Of a stretch of 64,000 nt of DNA, positions 57,703 to 64,000 are shown in pieces; positions within the stretch are counted from its first letter, which is position 1; the number at the start of each line of letters is the position of its first letter. Source of the DNA: an uncultured Anaerolineaceae bacterium (GTDB lineage Bacteria; Chloroflexota; Anaerolineae; Anaerolineales; E44-bin32). The translations under genes were made by a program, and so were the position numbers. The notes beneath the pieces were generated by a model. That model saw nothing but the letters and a program-made list of their open reading frames with translations, was not told the origin of the DNA and did not search any database. Location: the NCBI GenBank assembly GCA_964591485.1, contig CAZQDE010000005.1, forward strand, positions 6,625-70,624, written 5' to 3'.

Positions 57703-58270
57703 AGAGTACTCGGAGGATGGCTTCCTCATGGGCACCAAGCTGCTTTCTTAATACCTTCCGCGCATAGTGTAGTCGCGACTTGACCGTTCCAGATGGTATC
57801 TCCAGGATGTCCGCGATCTCCTGGATCGACAGATCATTGATGTAGTAGAGCACAACCACCAGCCGCTGCTGAAGCGGCAACCCCTGAATGGCCTGCCGCA
57901 CCCAGCGCCACGATTCATCCCACTCTGCGATGCGGTGCGGCGCAGTCCTCTGATTGCTCGTCCAGTGGTCCGCTAATTCCCGGAAAAGCTGCACCCAGCG
58001 GCTCTGCCGCTTGAGCCAGGTGTAGGACAAATTGGCAGTCATGCGATAGAGCCAGGGCTCGAGCGGCCGGTGTGGGTCAGCCCTGTGCGAGAAACGGTAG
58101 AGGCGCAGAAAGACCTCTTGCAGCAGGTCGGCCGCCATCTCTGGATCCCCCGTGATGGCAAGCGCCGTCCGGAAGACTAGGTGTCGATGTCGATCGTAGA
58201 GAACACCCAGTGCCTCCAGATCCCCCGCTTGGAGTTCCTTTACCAGCTCCCCGTCCAGAGCCTGTGTCAC
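57689..58270 (-). CDS. ECF-type RNA polymerase sigma factor (sigma-70 family group 4)
   Basis: LQAGDLEALGVLYDRHRHLVFRTALAITGDPEMAADLLQEVFLRLY is region 2. LSIQEIADILEIPSGTVKSRLHYARKVLR is the region 4 helix-turn-helix. Confidence 0.9.
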   Translation of the reverse strand: MTQALDGELVKELQAGDLEALGVLYDRHRHLVFRTALAITGDPEMAADLLQEVFLRLYRFSHRADPHRPLEPWLYRMTANLSYTWLKRQSRWVQLFRELADHWTSNQRTAPHRIAEWDESWRWVRQAIQGLPLQQRLVVVLYYINDLSIQEIADILEIPSGTVKSRLHYARKVLRKQLGAHEEAILRVLYEAG

Positions 58271-58372
58271 GACGTACCGCCTTCTGGTCTACGCGTCCCT
58301 TATCTATTACCCCAGAGGATTTCGCCCGGTTCAAACTGGTTCAGGCCGGTTCGAATGCGCACACCCACCATC

Positions 58373-60346
58373 TTAGGGGCAGGCTGGGGCCAAGTCAAGG
58401 CTCTCCAGATTCCACAAATCGCTGGCCCCCAAGGCCTCCATCTGCACCCCACAGAGATCAGACCGGTGCGCCACGCATCGGGGTGGCTGGAGCAGGGGAA
58501 CGGAGGGCAGATCCTCCGCGAGCGCATTCAGCAGCCTCTCGAGTGCATGGGCATAGCTGCTTTGGCCTGGGAGGCTCCACCGGAGCTCACGACAGGCTTC
58601 GTCATAGCCAGGATTCGCATATCCGCCGGCGTTGATTCCGAAGGGATTGCCGCTGGATGGAATCTCCCAGCCCGCGAAAGCCTCGCAAAGCGGCTGAGGG
58701 TAGGCCGGCCAGAGCCACAGGGCCAAATCGAAGCTGCGACCGAAGATCGCGCCCTCCGGCCATGGCGTCGTGAGGGAGGCACTGTCAGCATGGATCACCT
58801 GCACAGAGGCGCCGCATGCCTCCAGCCCCCTCTGGACCTCGGCCGCCAGGGTGACTTCCAAGGCGCTGGACCCTGTCACCAACCTCAGCGCCAACTCCGT
58901 ACCGCCGCGAACATCCGGAACGCCCAGTGCGGTGCGAGCGGTACTGGGATCACCATCCTGATCCAGCCAGCCCACCGCCTCCAATTGCTCGGCCCCGGCT
59001 TGGGGATCATAAGCCGGCAGCCCTGGCAAGCCGACAGCGCCCTTCAAGCCCAAAGCGTTCTCGGGGATGACTCCCAGGCTATAGGTGAGGCGGTCAGCCA
59101 GCCCTTGGCGGTCCAGGCAAAACGTCAGAGCGCGGCGAGTGCGGACATCGGAGAGCAGCCGCACACCGTCGATAGGATCCAGATTGAAATCGAGCCGCGC
59201 CAAGGCGACATCCGGTCCCCAGGTCACATGCAGGATTCCCTCGCTCTCGAGCTCAAGGGCATCCGCCAGCCATGCCAGCCCTTCCCCTTCAAAGAGGCTG
59301 CTGTCCACCAAATCGCATTCCTTTGTGAGGATCTGCTGCAACGCTGCCCGGCCATCTCCAGCCAGGAACCGGAAGAGCAGGCGGTCGAAAGCAGGCAAGC
59401 CCTCCTGCGACCGGAAGTAGCGCGGGTTCGGCGAGAGCAAGAGGCTCCCCTCACTCCAGGAATCAATCACGTAGGGACCCCAGCCCAAGGGCACGCGCGC
59501 GGCAGCCTCCACCTTCGGCAGCTCCCCAGGCTCGATATCCGCCAGCAGGTGTGCTGGGAGCGGGCTCCAGAAATTCGTCCCATACTCGGGGTCCATGAAC
59601 CCGGGGATCCCGATCCACCGAACGGTCCGCTCGTCGACCACGGTGTAGCTGGTCGTCCGATCGACAAGGTACTTCGTCGTGGGCGTTTCCGGGTGGGCAT
59701 CCAGTTGGAAGGAGAAGACCGAATCAGCCGCCGTGAGCGGTTCTCCATCCGACCACACCAGCCCCTCCCGAAGGCGGAAGTCGGCCACCAGGCGGTCCAT
59801 GAGCACCTCACCGCCTGGATAGGACTGGAGGCATCCCGTGTCCCTGCAGCCGGAGGGGAGGTACGGCGACCCAAGTTCCAGGTTGTCGGGCATGAATGTA
59901 AGGGGATTCAGGTAGACCTCAGAGGCGTTTACGGCCACAGCCTCCAGCCTGGCCCCGCCGTTGTCGATGGATGGGATGGACTGCAGGATCACCGCCCTCG
60001 GCGCCCCACCCACCAGGTCGATCGGTCCATCATAAATGGCCTGGAGCACCGCGTTGGCCTCGGCCCCAGTGGGGCCGTACAGAACCTCCTCACTATAGAG
60101 ATACAGTGACTCAGGTTCATCCCTCATGCAGATGACCAGCGTTTTGGGTGGTGGCGGCGGCTGCGTCGGCGCGACGGATGTCGCCGTCGGGAGCAGTGTG
60201 GCCTCCAACGTCAACGGGAGGTCGATCTCCGAGGGCGCCTGGCAGGAAGACAGGCCCAGCCCAGCTAACAATAGCAATCCTAGGAGCAAAGAAGCCCTAA
60301 GGGGCCGCGAGGCCCGGGCTGCGTGGATCTCCCCCTTGCTCATCAT
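58373..60346 (-). CDS. ABC transporter substrate-binding lipoprotein, family 5 (orphan, no adjacent permease)
   Basis: Signal/lipobox LLLGLLLLAGLGLSSC followed by a Pro-rich linker. The ~620-aa body resembles family-5 peptide-binding proteins. Its start overlaps the trmD stop by 4 nt (ATGA). Confidence 0.8.
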   Translation of the reverse strand: MMSKGEIHAARASRPLRASLLLGLLLLAGLGLSSCQAPSEIDLPLTLEATLLPTATSVAPTQPPPPPKTLVICMRDEPESLYLYSEEVLYGPTGAEANAVLQAIYDGPIDLVGGAPRAVILQSIPSIDNGGARLEAVAVNASEVYLNPLTFMPDNLELGSPYLPSGCRDTGCLQSYPGGEVLMDRLVADFRLREGLVWSDGEPLTAADSVFSFQLDAHPETPTTKYLVDRTTSYTVVDERTVRWIGIPGFMDPEYGTNFWSPLPAHLLADIEPGELPKVEAAARVPLGWGPYVIDSWSEGSLLLSPNPRYFRSQEGLPAFDRLLFRFLAGDGRAALQQILTKECDLVDSSLFEGEGLAWLADALELESEGILHVTWGPDVALARLDFNLDPIDGVRLLSDVRTRRALTFCLDRQGLADRLTYSLGVIPENALGLKGAVGLPGLPAYDPQAGAEQLEAVGWLDQDGDPSTARTALGVPDVRGGTELALRLVTGSSALEVTLAAEVQRGLEACGASVQVIHADSASLTTPWPEGAIFGRSFDLALWLWPAYPQPLCEAFAGWEIPSSGNPFGINAGGYANPGYDEACRELRWSLPGQSSYAHALERLLNALAEDLPSVPLLQPPRCVAHRSDLCGVQMEALGASDLWNLESLDLAPACP

Positions 60347-61080
60347 TTACCCCCTTCCTCTGGCTCTTCCAGGAGCTTGCGGTCGTTTGCATCCAACTCC
60401 AATCGGTTGAAAAGATCAGGACGCCGCTCACGAGTGCGGATCAGCGACATTTTCCGACGCCAGGCAGCGATGCGCGCATGATCGCCGGAGCGTAGAACCT
60501 CCGGGACCTCCCAGCCGCGGAAGACTGCCGGTCGGGTGTAGTGAGGATGCTCCAAAAGCCCTTCGGCGTGGGAGTCCTTGGCCGTCGCCTCCTCATCACC
60601 GAGCACGCCTGGCAAGTATCGGCTCACGGCGTCGATGATCACAAGCGCCGGCAGTTCTCCTCCCGTCAGCACAAAGTCCCCGATGGATATCTCATCCGTC
60701 GCCAGATGCTGGCGGATGCGTTCATCGACGCCCTCATAGCGTCCACAAATCAGCGCCAGCCGGTCACACCCGGCCAGCTCGCGGGCCACTGTCTGGTTAA
60801 ACATGCGGCCTTGGGGGGTCAGCAAGATGACGGGCGTTGTATTCAACCGCTCACCGAGCACGCTCTCGACCGCCGCGAACACCGGCTCAGGCTTCATCAC
60901 CATACCACCGCCCCCGCCGTAGGGCTCATCGTCCGTCGTGCGGTGGCGGTCGGTTGTGTAGTCGCGAATGTTGTGCAGGCAAACTTCGAGCCGCGAGGCC
61001 TCCTGCGCCTTGCCTAGCACGCTGGCGCGCAGGTAGACCTCCATGACCTCAGGCAAGAGAGTGAACACATCGAAACGCAT
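60343..61080 (-). CDS. trmD: tRNA (guanine37-N1)-methyltransferase
   Basis: MRFDVFTLLPEVMEVYL...DDEPYGGGGGMVMKPEPVF...LICGRYEGVDERI...ISIGDFVLTGGELPALVIIDAV are canonical TrmD motifs. I chose the ATG at 61080. Confidence 0.94.
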   Translation of the reverse strand: MRFDVFTLLPEVMEVYLRASVLGKAQEASRLEVCLHNIRDYTTDRHRTTDDEPYGGGGGMVMKPEPVFAAVESVLGERLNTTPVILLTPQGRMFNQTVARELAGCDRLALICGRYEGVDERIRQHLATDEISIGDFVLTGGELPALVIIDAVSRYLPGVLGDEEATAKDSHAEGLLEHPHYTRPAVFRGWEVPEVLRSGDHARIAAWRRKMSLIRTRERRPDLFNRLELDANDRKLLEEPEEGGK

Positions 61081-61242
61081 GCTCGGCGTCTCCAGGCCCG
61101 CATATGGCTGGTGGGGATGCTCTCGGCCGGCCAATGCGGGTGCTTGATTATAGCCGTCTTCTGACCTCTAAGGCAGCCAGCGATCGCCCGGCTCGCCTTG
61201 GTGCGGCTGCGATGCTGCCGCATTGAAAGGATTGGAGGGACT

Positions 61243-61776
61243 CTAGGGATTGCGATTCCAGACCGCGTTATCCAGGGACTGTTGCTCAAGCCAGGTCTGA
61301 ATGGCGCGCCGCGTGGCATCGAACGCCAAGGGCGGCAGGTTCTCAGGCGCATAGTAGCCCACTTCGCAGGCGTCGTCACCGGCCACGAGTTTCCCGGCCA
61401 GCACCTCCCCCTGGTAGACGATCACAATATCGGCCCCGTGTGGGTGCTCGCGGCCGGAGACCACATCAATGAGATCCGTGACTCTCACGGCCAGGCCGGT
61501 CTCCTCCAGGCATTCACGCGCCGCCGCCTCGCGAGGATCCTCTCCGGCATCCACGAAGCCTGCTGGCAGTGCCCATTCCCCTTGATGCGGAGGATTCACA
61601 CGCCGCACCAGCAACACTTTGCCCTCCTGGATGACAAGCACGCTCGCCGCCACCTTGGGATCTTGAAAATGGACCTGCCCGCAGGCGGGGCACACAGGCC
61701 GCAGGCGGCCGAAGACTTCCTGGGTAATTGCACGCGTACCGCAAGCAGAGCAATAGCGGACTTTCTGCGGCTCCAT
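61243..61776 (-). CDS. NUDIX hydrolase with N-terminal zinc ribbon
   Basis: YCSACG...VCPACG forms the zinc ribbon. The Nudix box GFVDAGEDPREAAARECLEETGL fits GX5EX7REUXEEXGU. Its start abuts the anti-sigma gene stop with no gap. Confidence 0.9.
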   Translation of the reverse strand: MEPQKVRYCSACGTRAITQEVFGRLRPVCPACGQVHFQDPKVAASVLVIQEGKVLLVRRVNPPHQGEWALPAGFVDAGEDPREAAARECLEETGLAVRVTDLIDVVSGREHPHGADIVIVYQGEVLAGKLVAGDDACEVGYYAPENLPPLAFDATRRAIQTWLEQQSLDNAVWNRNP

Positions 61777-62643
61777 TCAGCGCCGCCTTTGCACAAGGGT
61801 TAGCCCGCCAAGCAGAAGCGTCAAGCCAGCCAGGAAAAACTCTAGGACACGGAGCCAGGGGAACCGGGGGGCTTCGGTTGTGGCGGATCTCGCTGCCTCC
61901 GTGTTGAATTCGCCACCTGCCCCGAATCTTACCGTGGGTGAGGGCAGAGGGGCAGGTGATAGCTCGGTCTCCGCTTGTTCCTCATCAGACAGAGCTGCTA
62001 CGGGGGTCTCTTCCACCGGCGGCGCTGCGGCAAGCGCCTCCGGGGCGGCCACGGGCGTGCCGGCGACTTCTGTCCCGACCGCCTTCTCGGCTGCACCGAC
62101 ACTCATGGTGGGGGTTGCCAACGGGCCGCCAGCAAGACGCCCCTCCTCGACCACCTCTCCTTCAAGGCCCTCACCAGCCGAACCCGTTGCCGGCAAGGCA
62201 GGCACCTCGGCCTCCTCCGGAGGAACTTCAGTTGCTCCCCACAACTGGTCTTGCTCCATGAAGAGAGCCTCGGGGGGCGCGGCAAGCTGCGCCGGCCGCT
62301 CACTAGCCGCCCGAGGCCGGGCAACAAGCAACGCGTCCACGCCTACGGTCAGCAGGAAGGCCACCGCGGCCAGGGCTGTCGCCAGCTGCATGGTCGGATA
62401 GCGGCGTCGCCTCCTTGCCATCTCAGGTGTTAGTGTGAACCGCCGCCCAGGCGACGCCTGCGGGAGCTCCCGCAATGCGCCTGCCACCAGCCGCAACTCC
62501 TCCAAAGCCTGCCTCAGCTCCGGGTTGGCCTCCAGACGCGCCTCCAACTTCACCCGTTCACGCGGCGTGAGCTCGCCATCCAGATAGACCGAGAGGGCCT
62601 CAAGATCGCGTGGAGGGAGGCGCCCAACTTCTTTTTTCATCAT
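61777..62643 (-). CDS. Anti-sigma factor (membrane-spanning, non-zinc type)
   Basis: It overlaps the ECF sigma gene by 4 nt. LSVYLDGELTPRERVKLEARLEANPELRQALEELR is a typical anti-sigma N-terminal helix pattern. The TM segment is LATALAAVAFLLTVGVDALLV. An Ala/Pro/Glu-rich region follows, then a second hydrophobic segment at the C-terminus. Confidence 0.8.
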   Translation of the reverse strand: MMKKEVGRLPPRDLEALSVYLDGELTPRERVKLEARLEANPELRQALEELRLVAGALRELPQASPGRRFTLTPEMARRRRRYPTMQLATALAAVAFLLTVGVDALLVARPRAASERPAQLAAPPEALFMEQDQLWGATEVPPEEAEVPALPATGSAGEGLEGEVVEEGRLAGGPLATPTMSVGAAEKAVGTEVAGTPVAAPEALAAAPPVEETPVAALSDEEQAETELSPAPLPSPTVRFGAGGEFNTEAARSATTEAPRFPWLRVLEFFLAGLTLLLGGLTLVQRRR

Positions 62644-63251
62644 CCAGCCTCATCCTCCAGACGGAACTGACGCGGCAAAAGTTCCCCCTGCCTTTTAAGG
62701 CAATCGCGCAAGCGTCCCCGAGCCCGGGCCAGCCGGCTCTTGACCGTTCCCACCGGCCGGCCGATAGCCTGCGCCGCCTCCTGATAGTCAAGCCCCTGGA
62801 TGTCGATCAGGACCGCCAGCGTCTTGAAGTCCGCCGGGAGCTCGTTCAGGCAGCGTTCGATCGCTCGACGGAGTTCGCTGCGCTCAGCCTCCTCCTCTGG
62901 GTGTGACCCGGCTGTGGCCAGCGTCGCCTCGCCGCCTGGGTCCACGCCCTCCTCGGAAGCCGGGAGGTCTTCCAGCGAGCTTGCAGGCCGGCGCTTCTGT
63001 CGACGAAGCTCATCATAGCAGGCGTTGGTGACGATGCGAAGCAGCCAGGCCCTAAACGATCCGCCCCGGAAGGACCGCAGGGATCGAAAGGCCGAGATGA
63101 AGGCCTCCTGCGTGGCATCCTCCGCCGAGCGGGTCTCGCCTGTGATGCGGAGAGCAACGTTATAGGCCAGGCCTTGGTAGGCGAGCACCAGCCGGTTGAA
63201 AGCTTCCAGATCGCCCTTCCGGGCGGCGCGCAGCAATGCAGTCTCGTCCAT
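62640..63251 (-). CDS. ECF-type RNA polymerase sigma factor
   Basis: GDLEAFNRLVLAYQGLAYNVALRITGETRSAEDATQEAFISAFRSL is region 2. LDYQEAAQAIGRPVGTVKSRLARARGRLR is region 4. Confidence 0.92.
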   Translation of the reverse strand: MDETALLRAARKGDLEAFNRLVLAYQGLAYNVALRITGETRSAEDATQEAFISAFRSLRSFRGGSFRAWLLRIVTNACYDELRRQKRRPASSLEDLPASEEGVDPGGEATLATAGSHPEEEAERSELRRAIERCLNELPADFKTLAVLIDIQGLDYQEAAQAIGRPVGTVKSRLARARGRLRDCLKRQGELLPRQFRLEDEAG

Positions 63252-63260
63252 CGCGGGCTC

Positions 63261-63289
63261 ATCATATCCCGCCCGCCGAGCCCGAGCAA
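63261..63289 (-). promoter_or_regulatory. Putative promoter of the ECF sigma operon (TTGCTC-N17-TATGAT), only 9 nt upstream of the ATG
   Basis: On the minus strand the hexamers lie at 63289-63284 and 63266-63261, with the ATG at 63251. This geometry implies a leaderless or near-leaderless transcript. Confidence 0.4.
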
Positions 63290-63695
63290 GCTGCTAGGCT
63301 TCTGCTGGAGTCAGGATTGCTTCCGGGTGAGCAAGAGCCAGGCCAACCGCCAGCCAGTCAGCAACCACATCAGCAGGCTTCCCCGCTCAGGGCGGTCGGC
63401 CTCCCCGCGTGTCCTGAGTCGCAGGAAGGCCTCCTGGATGTCGGCGGCCATTTACGTCGCCAGACCGTGGAGGCGCGGCGTGTAGCGATCGCGGATCCTT
63501 ATTTACCTCTGGCGGTTTCCTTGTGCGATGCGCAGCGCGAGTTCAGGTTCATCCATCTTCCGGCCGCCGCCTGGATTATACTCACCATGCCGGAGAGCAC
63601 TTCGCAGCCTCGAGCTATCACTCTTGATAGCGACCTGCGATCATCGTTGGCAAGCCACCTCCATAGGCGCTATCCACCACGAGGAAATTGTAGCC

Positions 63696-64000
63696 ATGGC
63701 GGATCTCCCCAAAGAGCTCGTCGAAGAGGTTGAGGCGAGTTTGCGCGCCTACCGGGCGCACACCTATCGCACCTCGCCCAGTCTGCGCCTGCATAGCCTG
63801 GAGCAAGCGGTGGAATTTGTGCGCGAGCGCGGGTTCATTCTCTTCTGGCCCATCAAGAACCTCGATCTCCCCAGCCTGTGGGTGGCTGTCGCTGGGGATC
63901 GGCCGGTTGCTGCCGAGCATGATGACCCTGGCCATGTGACTTGGCGCTGGAAGGATGAGATGCTCTCCAAGCGGCGCTGGTATTACGGAAAGCTTCTGCG
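63696..64000 (+). CDS. Hypothetical protein (partial; continues beyond the window end)
   Basis: Absent from the ORF track because there is no stop within the window. The ATG at 63696 is preceded by GAGGA. My translation is MADLPKELVEEVEASLRAYRAHTYRTSPSLRLHSLEQAVEFVRERGFILFWPIKNLDLPSLWVAVAGDRPV...RWKDEMLSKRRWYYGKLL. Third-position GC is high. I prefer it over the antisense track ORF 63618..63935. Confidence 0.55.
   Translation, partial: MADLPKELVEEVEASLRAYRAHTYRTSPSLRLHSLEQAVEFVRERGFILFWPIKNLDLPSLWVAVAGDRPVAAEHDDPGHVTWRWKDEMLSKRRWYYGKLL

Noticed and set aside
58181-60109. 642-aa plus-strand ORF
   Set aside because: It is antisense to the family-5 SBP gene, which has a lipoprotein signal and a coherent domain. 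The plus-strand translation is Arg/Gly/Pro/Gln-rich with no motifs.
63311-63451. 46-aa minus-strand ORF (MAADIQEAFLRLRTRGEADRPERGSLLMWLLTGWRLAWLLLTRKQS) upstream of the ECF sigma gene
   Set aside because: It has no RBS. It lies upstream of the predicted promoter of the sigma operon. It is short enough to arise by chance, so it is not reported as a feature.
63618-63935. 105-aa minus-strand ORF near the window end
   Set aside because: The overlapping plus-strand frame from the ATG at 63696 is open to the window end. It has a GAGGA RBS, high third-position GC and a protein-like sequence. The minus ORF has none of these supports.

Overview
GC-rich bacterial chromosomal window, almost fully coding and mostly on the minus strand. 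It is dominated by housekeeping genes. Order: M16 peptidase pair, ugd, Rrf2 regulator plus nitroreductase, hutU / unknown membrane protein / hutI, a PspC-domain protein, and groES-groEL behind a perfect CIRCE operator. Next come three membrane-anchored TPR paralogues, RNase Z, an FmdB zinc-ribbon protein, a HAD hydrolase, an Mth938/NDUFAF3-family protein and acylphosphatase. A complete 14-gene nuoA-N operon occupies 18.9-33.3 kb. It is followed by rpoD-dnaG, a fused alpha-beta glycyl-tRNA synthetase, recO, cdd, a CNNM/CorC-type protein, glmU and tRNA-Gln(UUG). The window ends with a large peptide ABC-transport locus (44.9-57.0 kb), two ECF sigma modules, an orphan family-5 solute-binding protein, trmD and a NUDIX hydrolase. 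I found no rRNA, CRISPR array, transposase/integrase, prophage or recognisable defence genes. Several intergenic regions carry sigma-70-like TTGnnn-N17/18-TAnnnT promoters. Three start codons sit only 6-9 nt downstream of a -10 box, suggesting leaderless mRNAs. Synteny (cdd-recO-glyQS-dnaG-rpoD), CIRCE, GGAGG ribosome-binding sites and Pro/Thr-rich linkers suggest a Terrabacteria lineage, possibly Chloroflexota, but that is a guess. The best candidate for something undescribed is the peptide-transport locus. There, a canonical Opp/Dpp-type system (D-F-A-B-C order) is followed by a PD40 beta-propeller lipoprotein. Next is one 1209-aa ORF that fuses a B-type and a C-type permease to a PA/M28-peptidase-like ectodomain, which by eye has lost most metal ligands. 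A single translationally coupled ATPase closes the locus. All functional calls rest on reading the translations and recalling family motifs; no searches were run.
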